A DNA stretch of 64,000 nt, from the NCBI GenBank assembly GCA_965219095.1, contig OZ244719.1, positions 546,142 through 610,141 on the forward strand, written 5' to 3'. The stretch's first letter is position 1, and each line of letters starts with the position of its first letter. The position numbers were made by a program, and so were the translations under genes. The notes below the pieces were generated by a model that was not told the origin of the DNA, made no database searches, and saw only the letters and a program-made list of their open reading frames with translations. Source of the stretch: Bdellovibrionales bacterium (lineage in GTDB: Bacteria > Bdellovibrionota > Bdellovibrionia > Bdellovibrionales > UBA1609). Of the stretch, positions 1-9,895 are shown in pieces.

Positions 1-591
1 TGATACTATGATCTCTTTTTCTCCCACTTTGCTTGCCTTCAGACGGTACTTCTAAAGACGATGCGTCTTTCTAACATAGCTTCTTACATGAACATCAACC
101 TCTTTTGACACGTCTTGAATCTTTAATTCCTCCCACTCACTGTCCTTAGGATAACCATACTGCTGTGCTATATCAGAAAGTTCTTCGTCTGTGAGCTTAT
201 GATCTACTCTTATCTCTTTTAAGGCCTTCACCTCCCCTTCTTTAGGAGCAGGAACTAAACTCTCAGATTCAAGAAGAATTGTCTTTTTAAGCTTCTTTCT
301 ACTACGAGAAGATAGTTTTCTTTTTTCACTGGATTTTCCAAATACTATTTTCTTGAACTTACTAAGTAGCTCATCATTAAAAAGCTTTAATTGATCTTCT
401 TTGGCCTTTTTCTTCTTAAGCTCATTTAACTCTCTTTTTAAAAGTTTAAATTCTTTTTTATAAAGGTGAATGAGTTCATTAGAAATCAACTTTATGTTTT
501 CCAGATCTTTTTCCTCTCGAATAAACGAAGGAAGATATTTATATTTAGGGTTTTCGCTTTTTTTTAAATAAGGAAAAAGACTCATCTGCAT
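1..591 (-). pseudogene. tnpC: IS66 transposase TnpC, N-terminal part, with an in-frame TAG; runs off the window
   Basis: Coiled coil followed by FGKSSEK motif typical of IS66 TnpC. The frame continues past TAG at 52-54 (KYRLKASKVGEKEIIVS). Confidence 0.8.
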
Positions 592-677
592 ACATTAATG
601 TCAACATGTCTGTTTTTGTTTTGAAAGCTTTTTTTTTAAAAAAAATAAAAAAAATTTAAAAAAATAATCTAAAAAAA

Positions 678-1334
678 TTATCTTTTCTTAAGCTCGTACT
701 TTCTTAAAATTGAACCATGAACTAAAAGATTCAATTCACTCCTTGTTAACTCGGGAGAACTTAAATCACTTAAACTCATAAACCTTTCTTTCTCCATCCT
801 CTTTGTTAGTAAAACAAGACCACTCCCATCATAGAACAGCCCTTTTAATCTCTTTCTGTTAAAACCTAGAAAAAGATAAAGATCTCCCAAGTTGATCTCT
901 CCTTCCATCTCACTTCTCACCAGATAACTCAACCTCTCAAAACTCCATCGCATGTCTATCTTTTGAGAGCAGACAAAAATACGGTAGCCTTCAGATAAAA
1001 AGATCATAAACTCCTCACTAACTCTAAAACCTCTTCCCAACCTAGACCCTTTAAGACTAAGACCTTCTCTTTCATCACATGACTTTTCCTTTTTCAAAGA
1101 AACAGCCTTAAAAAGAGACTTCTTGTGAGAAACTGTTGAAACATAAGACTTCTTCCAGTTATTGATCGTGGAAGAGGTGACCTTTGTCTCTTTACAAAAT
1201 TTAGAAACCTTTTCCTCTTTCAAAAAATCTAGAATCTCTCTCTTAAGAGCTTCTGGGTAGCGTATAAGCTTCTTGTTGGAATTCTCCTCTCGACAAAGCT
1301 GTATCTTCTTTTTTAAATTAATCCCTTCTTCCAT
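678..1334 (-). CDS. IS66 accessory genes tnpA (HTH) and tnpB read as one ORF
   Basis: N-terminal HTH (YPEALK...TINNWKK), then TnpB motifs (IDMRWSFERL, LYLFLG..RKRLKGLFYDGSGLVLLTKRME). Confidence 0.8.
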   Translation of the reverse strand: MEEGINLKKKIQLCREENSNKKLIRYPEALKREILDFLKEEKVSKFCKETKVTSSTINNWKKSYVSTVSHKKSLFKAVSLKKEKSCDEREGLSLKGSRLGRGFRVSEEFMIFLSEGYRIFVCSQKIDMRWSFERLSYLVRSEMEGEINLGDLYLFLGFNRKRLKGLFYDGSGLVLLTKRMEKERFMSLSDLSSPELTRSELNLLVHGSILRKYELKKR

Positions 1335-1407
1335 AAAATCCCTCCTCTTAAAAAAAACTTATAAGAAAAATTTAATCTTGGATAGGGCGGTCATATAACC
1401 GAGTTAC

Positions 1408-1594
1408 GAAATTGTCACTCTTTATCTTACTTTTCCAAAGTTCTGGCTTTAGGAATTTTAAAGCCTTTTACTAGTTTGCAAAAGTCTATCTTAAATCTTA
1501 TTTTCCTAAAATGTTGTCTTACTCTTGCTTTGATTAATATGAGCCTTTTTGGGGGATTTTACTACTTTTCACCCACAGATTCCCGGGAGGAGGC
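1408..1594 (-). mobile_element. ISL3 terminal remnant
   Basis: CACCCACAGATTCCCGGGAGGAGGC resembles the ISL3 right end at ~33998-34021 and the end at ~34172-34196. Confidence 0.65.
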
Positions 1595-2093
1595 CAATAT
1601 TAAGACGGTCTAAAAGAGCATAAACCCCAGAAAGAGAATAGCAACAGTCAAATTCATTTGCTAAAAGTTCCTGTATTCCCTTTGCTCCTATGCTTCCTCC
1701 TTCTCTCTTGTCTTGAATTTCATCTAACTTGATTTTGAAGTTCTCTTCTTCTGTCACTGGTAAACGAGGCTTGCGCCCTCTGCCTTCTCGATCTATCAAC
1801 CCCTCGTAATCAAAGTCTACAAAAGACTGTAACCAGGATTTGATACTGTGACGGTGATAGAAAACTATACTTGCTGTTTCTTGAATCGATTTTCCTTCTT
1901 GCATATGCTGCAAAGCTTGGAGTTTTATCTTGATGTTGGCACTTCTTTCTACTTTGTAAGTAGCTAGAAAATCATACCCTTGAATTTGTGTAACTAAATC
2001 TTTTTTCGACACTCTAAAAATTTAACAGAGTTTGATCAAAAAGCCAGGACGCTATGCGTTAAAAGAATATCGAATTAATTTTTGGAAATGGTA
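1595..2093 (-). mobile_element. IS630-family element A, 5' part (HTH only), truncated by the ISL3 end
   Basis: ORF 1569-2012 has HTH plus GRGRKPRL. Terminal repeat TACCATTTCCAAAAATTAATTCGA ends at 2093. Confidence 0.8.
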
Positions 2094-2163
2094 TAAATAG
2101 AAAAAATTTCAACTCTCCTAAAAAGAGCAATGTGTCGTAACTGATTTTTTAAAGAAAAACCTA

Positions 2164-2193
2164 TTGACTAAAGGCGTCTATTAAGTGTATATT
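2164..2193 (+). promoter_or_regulatory. Putative sigma70 promoter
   Basis: TTGACT-N18-TATATT upstream of the ORF at 2230, which has an AGGAG RBS. Confidence 0.4.
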
Positions 2194-2229
2194 TTACGAA
2201 ATCAATAAAAGTAACAAAAGGAGCGAACT

Positions 2230-2487
2230 ATGCCAGAAGCACAAACCAATCCAGAAGTACAAACCAAAACTTCATTTACCATACGAGATTTTCATGAAAA
2301 ATTATCTGAAAGAGTGAGCGGGTTTGATGCTGACTTGATTCTCAATAGAGCTTTATTAGATGCGGAACTTCCTCTTGCAAAAGACACAAAAATTGATAGA
2401 GAAAAAGTAAGAACTATTTGTTTACAGTTGATAAAACAAGGTGGTCCTGCATTTCAAGTGGGTCAAATTTTTTATAACCAAGTCTGA
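2230..2487 (+). CDS. Hypothetical protein (85 aa)
   Basis: Good RBS; its stop overlaps the next start. Confidence 0.7.
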   Translation: MPEAQTNPEVQTKTSFTIRDFHEKLSERVSGFDADLILNRALLDAELPLAKDTKIDREKVRTICLQLIKQGGPAFQVGQIFYNQV

Positions 2488-3677
2488 TGAAAAAAGCACT
2501 CATCCTTTGTGAAAAAAGGGATTATAGTGAATCTTTAGTTTCCTTTCTGGAAGCTAAAGATTTTTATCCTTATTTCTTTACACAAAAAAAAGAGTATTTT
2601 GATGTCAGTGAATATGATTTTATTTTTTTAACTTCCTTTTTTGAAGACTGTGTCTCTGAAGAGAGTGTTAAGATTTTATTTGCTTTAAGCCCTTTAGAGG
2701 AGTTTACTCGACCAATTCATTTTTGGGCTGAAGTGGATTTGCCTATAAAAGAAAAAAATCTAAACTGTTTGTTAAAAAAAGCAGGCCTATTTCTTGATTT
2801 AAAAAAGAGAGAAAAAAAAATTTTAGAAGAAGAAAGACAAACTCATTCTGTGATTGGTCAGAGTATTTTTTTTAAGTTTCTTAGAGATAGAATTTACTCT
2901 CTTAGTCAAGGCTTTAAAGCCTGCCTTTTTGTAGGAGAAAAAGGTGTAGGTTGTGAGTATATAGCAAAAGCTGTTCACTATCATAGCCCTCAGGCTTTAA
3001 AGGAAAAATTTTTTTCTTTGCGTTCAAAGAATGTAGATGAAGAGCTTTTAACTTATCACCTTCAAGATCTTTCATCTGTTTTGTTCTTAAAACGTATTGA
3101 AAACTTAAACGTTCAAACTCAAGAGCTACTATTAAAAGGTTTCGAAAACTTCAAAAATAAAAAAGTATGGGCTTCTTCTTTGGGACATTTAGAAACTAAG
3201 ATACAGTCAGGAGAGTTTTCAAGAAAGCTTTATGAACAATTTGTGGTTTCTTTAAAAATTCCATCTTTAAAAGATAGAAGAGAGGACATCCCTCTTTTAG
3301 CTCGTTATTTCTTGGAAGAAACTTGTCGTTCTTTTGGCTGTTATGAAAGACAATTTTCTTATGAGGTTTTGAATTTTTTTGCACAAAAACATTGGCCTGA
3401 TAATGTTAGAGGGTTGAAAAGAGCTGTAATGAAGGCATTTTTTCAAAATGAAGGTAAAGAGAGTGAGATTCGTTTGAAGGACTTTATTCCTCATTCATCA
3501 GATTGGTCTTATCATATAGATTTTCGTCAAGCACGAGATTTATTTGAAAGAGACTTTATTTTAAAGGCTTTAAGGTTAAACAAAGGACATGTGACAAGAA
3601 CAGCACAACATATTGGTCTTGAAAGAACTTATCTTCATAAAAGATTGAAGCTATATGGCCTTGACTCTCAAGGCTGA
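2487..3677 (+). CDS. Degenerate NtrC/NtrX-like sigma54-type regulator (AAA remnant plus Fis HTH)
   Basis: GEKGVG..IAKAVH, IPSLKDRREDIPLL, WPDNVRGL and C-terminal HTH (IGLERTYLHKRL). No GAFTGA loop. Confidence 0.8.
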   Translation: MKKALILCEKRDYSESLVSFLEAKDFYPYFFTQKKEYFDVSEYDFIFLTSFFEDCVSEESVKILFALSPLEEFTRPIHFWAEVDLPIKEKNLNCLLKKAGLFLDLKKREKKILEEERQTHSVIGQSIFFKFLRDRIYSLSQGFKACLFVGEKGVGCEYIAKAVHYHSPQALKEKFFSLRSKNVDEELLTYHLQDLSSVLFLKRIENLNVQTQELLLKGFENFKNKKVWASSLGHLETKIQSGEFSRKLYEQFVVSLKIPSLKDRREDIPLLARYFLEETCRSFGCYERQFSYEVLNFFAQKHWPDNVRGLKRAVMKAFFQNEGKESEIRLKDFIPHSSDWSYHIDFRQARDLFERDFILKALRLNKGHVTRTAQHIGLERTYLHKRLKLYGLDSQG

Positions 3678-3701
3678 TCATCTTATTTTTAGCGTGCTCC
3701 T

Positions 3702-5414
3702 ATGAAATGGTCTAAAACTTACCTTTTCACCCTTAAAGAATCTCCAAGTGATGCAGAGATTATAAGTCACAAACTTCTTGTGAGAGGAGGTTTTATTCGT
3801 AAACTCTCCAGAGGGGTTTTTACTTATGGCTTTCTTTTTTTAAAATCTCTTAGGAAATTAGAACAGATTATTCGAGAGGAATTAAATAAAACATGTTGTA
3901 CGGAAGTCCTTATGCCTGTTCTTTGCCCTAAAGAATTGTGGGAACAGTCAGGACGTTGGAATCAAATGGGAAAATCTCTTCAGAAATTTAAAAACAGAAA
4001 TGATCAAGAGTTTTGTTTAGGCCCTACCCATGAAGAAGTTGTAACTGATTATATTCGTAAAGATATTAAAAGTTTTCGTGATTTACCGAAAACTTTGTAT
4101 CAGATTCAAAACAAAGTACGAGATGAAATTCGCCCTCGTTTTGGACTTTTAAGGGGACGAGAGTTTGTTATGAAAGATGCTTATAGCTTTGACGTAAATA
4201 AAAAACAGGCTTTAAAAAGCTATGAGAGAATGAGATCTTCTTATAAGAGAATTTTCGATCGCATAGGATTTCGTTATTGTATTGTAAGAGCTGACTCAGG
4301 GGCTATTGGAGGTGACTTGAGTGAAGAGTTTCATGTTTTAGCTGAAACAGGAGAGGATGAAATCTTTGTTTCAGAGGATGGTTCTTTAGCTGCTAATCGT
4401 GAAATTTGCCCCATTTTTTGTCACAAAGAAGAATCTTCCGGAGAGGTTTTAAAAGAGATGGAGATGTTCTCTACACCTGGTTTAAAAACAATTGATGATT
4501 TAGCACAGTCCTTGAATATACCCTCTTCACAGCTTGTAAAAACTTTATTTTATAAAATTAAGAACGTCCCTGTATGTTTTTTATTGAGGGGTTCTGATGA
4601 ACTCAATGAATTCAAAATTAAAAACTTCTTCCAGCTTTCTGAACTTCCCTCTTTACTTGAACCTGATGAAATAAAAACTGTGACAAAAGGAGCTTTAGAA
4701 GGAAGTTGTGGTCCTGTGGGTTTAGATATTCCTATTTATTGTGATCAAAAATTAAAGAACTCTAAAAATTTTATAGTAGGTGCTAATCAAAATGATTTCC
4801 ATTATAGAAATGCCAATTTTAAAAGAGATTTTCAAGTTGAAAATTGGTTTGATTTTTGTTATGTTAAAGAAAATGATTTGTCTGAAACAAAGTCTCCTTT
4901 AAAAAAACATAAAGGCATTGAGGTAGGTCATATCTTTTATTTGGGAGATAAATATTCAAAATCCATGGGAGCTCAATTTTTAAGTGATAAAAGAGAAACT
5001 CATAATATTGAGATGGGGTGTTATGGTATAGGAGTGAGTCGTTTGATTCAAGCAACCATTGAGCAAAGTCATGATAAAGATGGTATGATTTGGCCTCTTT
5101 CTCTAGCTCCCTTTGATGTTCATGTATGTCATCTTGATCCTAAAGATAAGCAAAGCTCTCATGTTGTAGAAAATTTGTATAGCATTTTATCTCAAAAAGG
5201 TTATGAATGCTTTATTGACGATAGAGACGAAAGACCTGGTGTGAAATTTAAAGATGCAGATCTTTTAGGTTTTCCTCTTCGTGTCAATATTGGTAAACGT
5301 GGTCTACAAAAAAAAGAAATAGAATGTGTGATTCGTGCTACAGGAAAAAAACAAATTGTAAAGTTAAATAAGATCAGTGAAGCTTTAGAAAACTTATTGA
5401 AACATTTAAAATGA
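3702..5414 (+). CDS. proS: Proline--tRNA ligase
   Basis: LGPTHEE, RDEIRPRFGLLRGREF, GIEVGHIF, MGCYGIGVSR. Confidence 0.98.
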   Translation: MKWSKTYLFTLKESPSDAEIISHKLLVRGGFIRKLSRGVFTYGFLFLKSLRKLEQIIREELNKTCCTEVLMPVLCPKELWEQSGRWNQMGKSLQKFKNRNDQEFCLGPTHEEVVTDYIRKDIKSFRDLPKTLYQIQNKVRDEIRPRFGLLRGREFVMKDAYSFDVNKKQALKSYERMRSSYKRIFDRIGFRYCIVRADSGAIGGDLSEEFHVLAETGEDEIFVSEDGSLAANREICPIFCHKEESSGEVLKEMEMFSTPGLKTIDDLAQSLNIPSSQLVKTLFYKIKNVPVCFLLRGSDELNEFKIKNFFQLSELPSLLEPDEIKTVTKGALEGSCGPVGLDIPIYCDQKLKNSKNFIVGANQNDFHYRNANFKRDFQVENWFDFCYVKENDLSETKSPLKKHKGIEVGHIFYLGDKYSKSMGAQFLSDKRETHNIEMGCYGIGVSRLIQATIEQSHDKDGMIWPLSLAPFDVHVCHLDPKDKQSSHVVENLYSILSQKGYECFIDDRDERPGVKFKDADLLGFPLRVNIGKRGLQKKEIECVIRATGKKQIVKLNKISEALENLLKHLK

Positions 5415-6112
5415 AGCAACCTAGACTCTTTTTAGCCCTTGATGTATCTTCTGAAGTTGAAGCTCTACGTTTAGTAGAAGAAACGTATGATTTTATAGGA
5501 GCTTTAAAAGTCGGTCCTGAGCTTTTTCTAAAAGAAGGTCCCTATTTTATTAAAAAACTTTCTTTCATTAAGCCTGTTTTTTTAGATTTAAAACACTTTG
5601 ATATTCCTAACACTGTGGAAAGAACTGTACATGCAGCTTTTGATATGGGTGTGAGATGGTTAAGTGTGCATGCTATGAATGGAAGAGCTTGTATGAAAAA
5701 ACTAAAACCTCTTATAGACAAATTCCAAAGCTCAAGAGATTTTGAGCTTTTATGGATTACTATTTTAACAAGTTTTTGTCCTCATCAAAATCCTTTTCCT
5801 TTAGAGACCAGAGGGAATCTTTCTAGTCAAGTTCTAAACTTAGCTTCTCAGTTAGTAGATGAAGGTTTCTCTCAATTTGTTTGTTCAGCTCAAGAGGCGT
5901 CTCTTTTACGTTCAAAATTTCCAGAAAGTTTTCTTTTAATCCCTGGAACTCGTTTTCAAGATGAGGCTTTAGATGATCAATTAAGGTCTTTAACACCTGA
6001 GGAGGCTTTAAAAAATGGAGCTTCTAGTCTTGTCATAGGGAGGGCGATTTATAGAGCTAAAGATCCTAAGAAAGCAGCTTATAGGTATTATAAGGTTTTT
6101 CAAAAAAAATGA
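5411..6112 (+). CDS. pyrF: Orotidine-5'-phosphate decarboxylase
   Basis: LALD, FLDLKHFDIPNTV, VIGRAI. Confidence 0.97.
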   Translation: MKQPRLFLALDVSSEVEALRLVEETYDFIGALKVGPELFLKEGPYFIKKLSFIKPVFLDLKHFDIPNTVERTVHAAFDMGVRWLSVHAMNGRACMKKLKPLIDKFQSSRDFELLWITILTSFCPHQNPFPLETRGNLSSQVLNLASQLVDEGFSQFVCSAQEASLLRSKFPESFLLIPGTRFQDEALDDQLRSLTPEEALKNGASSLVIGRAIYRAKDPKKAAYRYYKVFQKK

Positions 6113-6825
6113 GAAAAGTCGTAGGAACTCATTCCGCAAAAGAGGTTTTAAAAGTAAGACCTGATAGTGTAAAAAAAATTTACTTAAAAAGAAAGGCAGT
6201 TGATTTTTCTTTTTTTTCCCAATGGTCTGAAACTCATAAGATTCCTTTAGAAATTCAAAGTGAAAGAGCTTTGCTAAAAGCCTCCTCTTGTCATCATCAT
6301 CAAGGAGTTTTAATAGAAGTATGTGATGCTCCTAAGTGGAGGGGGCCTGAGTCTTTAGAGGAGGAGTCTCAAGTTTTAGTTTTAGACCGATTGGAATCCC
6401 CTCATAATTTAGGTGCTATTTTAAGGAGTGCTTGGCTTATGGGAGTAAAAGTTATTTTTATTCCTTTTCAAAAAAGTGTGAGGCTTAATTCTACAGTGAT
6501 GAAGGTTGCTGAAGGGGGAGCAGAGCATGTTCCTGTGGTGTCTACCTCTCTAATAAAGATTGTTTCTGATCTAAAAGATGTGGGTTTTTGGAGTTACGGT
6601 CTTTGTGAAAAGAGTAAAAGTAGTTTATGGGATCCGTCTTTGAATCTTACAGGAAAAGTTTTATGGATAGGTGGAAGTGAAAAAAAAGGTATAAGAAAGC
6701 CTCTTTTAAAACAATGTGATCATTTAATTTCTATTCCTCAGATTCATAAAGAGGCTAGTTTTAATGTTTCAGTAGCTGTAAGTTTAGCTTTAGCTGAAGT
6801 TTACAAGAAGAAATTTTATTTATAA
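6109..6825 (+). CDS. rlmB: SpoU/TrmH-family RNA methyltransferase (RlmB-like)
   Basis: HHQGV, PHNLGAILRSA, GSEKKGIR, SFNVSVA. Confidence 0.85.
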   Translation: MRKVVGTHSAKEVLKVRPDSVKKIYLKRKAVDFSFFSQWSETHKIPLEIQSERALLKASSCHHHQGVLIEVCDAPKWRGPESLEEESQVLVLDRLESPHNLGAILRSAWLMGVKVIFIPFQKSVRLNSTVMKVAEGGAEHVPVVSTSLIKIVSDLKDVGFWSYGLCEKSKSSLWDPSLNLTGKVLWIGGSEKKGIRKPLLKQCDHLISIPQIHKEASFNVSVAVSLALAEVYKKKFYL

Positions 6826-6832
6826 ATTTAAT

Positions 6833-6983
6833 TAAGAGAGCATTAGAATTTACGATAGGATATCAGAGGAAGAGAATTCAGGCCAACTCCAAGTGGAGTT
6901 GTAAGAGAGCCTGTAAGAAACGGATCCTGTGAACCAACACCACTCATTAAAGGAGAGAGCCTGTCAAGTACTGACATACTAAA
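6833..6983 (+). ncRNA. Structured non-coding segment, possibly an orphan IS110-type end / guide-RNA region
   Basis: GC-richer than its flanks. Nested stem CAGGC-CAACTCC-AAGT-GGAGTTG-TAAGAGA-GCCTG. Cut by the IS5 end at 6984. Confidence 0.3.
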
Positions 6984-8318
6984 TAGTCGAACGTGAAAAA
7001 TGCACAAACAGCTAAAAACACTTGTTTTTTTGTAATTTTTGCATAAAAATAATTGCAAGGAAGTGGAAAAACAGATAAAAAACCTTGCAAAACAGAAAGG
7101 AAAAAAGATGAGGCCAAAAGACATGTTCAGCACACAAAAGAGAAGCCCTCTTAATTTTAGAGTAAACGACATTGTTCATAAGAAGCATCCGCTTGTCATT
7201 TTAGCTAATAAAATAGACTGGGATCGTTTTGATAAAGATTTTGGTTCGAAGTATGATGAAAAAAAAGGTCGTCCAGGTCTTTCAACTCGTTTAATGGTGG
7301 GACTTCAGTGCTTGAAATACATTTATAATTTAAGTGACGAGAAGACAATAGAAATGTTCAAAGAGAGTCCTCAATGGCAGTATTTTTGTGGTCAGCCTTT
7401 TTATTCTTATGAAGATCCCTGTGATAGAAGTTCATTGACTAACTGGAGAAAGAGGATGGGGGCTGAGAAGATAGAAGTTCTCTTAGAGGAAACCATTGAT
7501 TTAGCTTTGAGAGAGGATTTTGTAAAAAAAAAAGAGTTTGAGAATGTAGTTGTTGATACAACTGTTCAAGAGAAAGCAATAGCTTTTCCTACAGACAGCC
7601 GTCTTTATTACAAAGCTTTAAAGACTTTAGTTCACAGGGCTAAAAAAGAGGGTTTAGTTTTACGTCAAAGCTATAAAAGAAAGGCCAAGGAGTGTTTGTT
7701 TAAGAATGCTCGTTATGCTCATACAAGAAAAATACGTTTAGCAAGAAAACAGCAAAGAAAGCTTCATACTTATCTAGGTCGTGTGATAAGAGATGTTACA
7801 AGAAAAGGAGGTCCTAAGTTCTTGGAAGAGAATACATCTTTAAAAAGATGTTTATCTTTATGTGTAAGAATTTATAACCAAAAAAGAGGGGATAAGAACA
7901 AGGTGTATAGTGTTCATGCTCCTGAGGTTTATTGCATAGGGAAGGGCAAAGCCCATAAAAAATATGAATTTGGCAATAAGGTGAGTGTGGCAACTTCATC
8001 AAAAAATTGCTGGGTTTTAGGGGTAAAGTCATTTGAAAAAAATGTATCAGATGTTCACAGTTTAAAGCCAGCCTTATCTCAAGTTGAATCCTTAACAAAG
8101 GTTAAGGCAAAAAATTTGTATGTAGATAAAGGTTATCGTGGCAAAGAGCATCATCCTTCGGGAGTTAATGTTCATATTGGGGGAATGAGTAAAACATTAA
8201 GTCCCTACAAAAGAAAACTTCACAGAAGAAGAAGTTCAGTTGAGGCAATCATTGGTCATATGAAAATAGATTCTCGTATGGGAAGGAACTTTTTATTAGG
8301 ATCACAAGGGGATGCTAT
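6984..8318 (+). mobile_element. IS5-family element (IS1478/IS1479-like end), transposase 3'-truncated
   Basis: Left end TA-GTCGAACGTGAAAAA. Likely ATG at 7108. Motifs VDTTVQEK, GKAHKKYEFGNKVS, YVDKGY, VEAIIGHMK. Cut after GDAI by an IS630 end. Confidence 0.9.
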
Positions 8319-9077
8319 TACATATTACAAATGATCTCAAAAAAATACCTTTCACTTTCCTTTTATCACGAGATATGGAGAAAGTTTTTTCTTCGATAGT
8401 TTTTTCAACCCATCTAAACTTGTTTCTTGATGACCTTTCAACTCGTGGTATTTCAGATGATTCCAAACTTTTTCATCTGGATTTAGCTCTGGAGATCTTG
8501 GCGGTAGATAGAAAACATGAAGCCGTTTTTGGGAACTGATAAATTCTTTAACTTTTTTTGATCTATGGATCGGTGCTCGGTCCATAACTACAACTAAATG
8601 ACGCAGTCCATGTTCTTTCAACATCTGTTCCAAAAAATCTATAATGTCTTCCAGATTTTTTTAAGATGGTCCAGACATGACCACGGGAAATCTTTACTTT
8701 ATATTTCTTTTGTAGTTAAAGAATGAACCCTTGTGCAAGTCCATAAATCTGTTTCAAAACCAAACTTTGAAGCAGGGCTTCTGTAGGTCTTTTTCAATTC
8801 TTTTAACAGTCTTATCTCTGATTTTTGGAGAACATCCAGATCGTTTCTTTTCTTTCAAATTTTCAAATGAATTATTTTGCTCATAAATTTCAATCCACTT
8901 GTATATGGTAACATGATGACGACCAATATTTTTTGCTATTGTGGGAGCTGTCTCGCCATCCAAATAATTTTGAACTACTCTTTTCTTCTCTTTGTAGCTT
9001 GCATGTTCTCTTCTCATACTACATCATAATCAATCTAGAAAATTATGCAACTGTAGCAAAACTTTTATGAATATCTA
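8319..9077 (-). mobile_element. IS630-family element B, degraded (HTH piece 8754-9017, DDE piece 8352-8633)
   Basis: MDRAPIH and LPPRSPELNPDEKVWNHLK motifs; frameshifts and an internal deletion. Confidence 0.8.
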
Positions 9078-9100
9078 TAACTCTCTAATATGACTACTTT

Positions 9101-9841
9101 TTATTCATCTTCCTTTTGGCTTGATGAGGTTTTAGGTGACTCAGCTCTTACTTTAATCACTTTATAGTCTAAGAAAGAATAATTTGTTTCTATTTCATAA
9201 ATCTTATTAGAATCAGAATCTCTATCTTTAATCTTAGACACAAGAAGACTTTCCAGCTTCAGTGTATATTTAAGCTGGGAGGTTCTAATAGATAAATTCA
9301 AATCTTCAAAATAAATAGCATAAACAACAGAAGACTCTTTTTCCTTCATAGGAGCTTTTCCTCTGGGGATGATTTTATTAGGACTTTCAAAAGTATCAAG
9401 AGGTATGACCTCTAATTTAAGCTCAAAATCCTCCGCTACTAGGTCGGGTGTAAAATCATCAACTTTCGTGTTTGAATCTGGCCTAAAATTATTTCTCACG
9501 GTTGGTTTTTTACCTCTACTAAAACCCTTCAAACTTTTCTTAGGTTCAAAGATTTTGTTCATTGATTTTCCTTTAGCATAAGTTTCAACATCAGAAAAAT
9601 CAATAGCTGACACTTCACCTGTCTCACAATTAAATGTATATTTCAGTTTTGCATCAGCTATCTTCTCTAAACGAACTGTTACCTGCTTTTCTTTCTCTTC
9701 TAAATCAGCTTCACACAGAACAGATGTAAGCTCTACTTTAGAGGTCTTTAATTCTGGCAACTTAGGGGCTTTTGTACAATTAGTTAACAGAAAAAAACCA
9801 GAAAAAATCAGCATTACATTGGTTATATTTGATAGTTTCAT
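9101..9841 (-). CDS. Hypothetical lipoprotein (paralog of 9896-10498)
   Basis: Lipobox LTNC, GGAGG RBS, motifs shared with the neighbour. Confidence 0.75.
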   Translation of the reverse strand: MKLSNITNVMLIFSGFFLLTNCTKAPKLPELKTSKVELTSVLCEADLEEKEKQVTVRLEKIADAKLKYTFNCETGEVSAIDFSDVETYAKGKSMNKIFEPKKSLKGFSRGKKPTVRNNFRPDSNTKVDDFTPDLVAEDFELKLEVIPLDTFESPNKIIPRGKAPMKEKESSVVYAIYFEDLNLSIRTSQLKYTLKLESLLVSKIKDRDSDSNKIYEIETNYSFLDYKVIKVRAESPKTSSSQKEDE

Positions 9842-9895
9842 ATTTCCTCCTTTGTTTATTTATAAATTCCTTTAATTTCTTTTATTATATATTGT

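Larger units (their letters stand above)
1..1407 (-). mobile_element. IS66 element (three-gene type), left part
   Basis: Left terminal repeat GTAACTCGGTTATATGACCGCCC on the minus strand ending at 1407, then tnpA/B and tnpC. Confidence 0.8.

Noticed and set aside
600-680. Poly-T/poly-A symmetry between IS66 genes
   Set aside because: Low-complexity AT tract with no specific structure supported.
3196-5419. Short antisense ORFs inside the regulator and proS, and similar ones across the window
   Set aside because: They overlap well-supported genes on the other strand or frame and carry no recognisable motifs.
6843-7172. 109-aa minus-strand ORF
   Set aside because: Spans an IS end and non-coding sequence; probably a shadow ORF.
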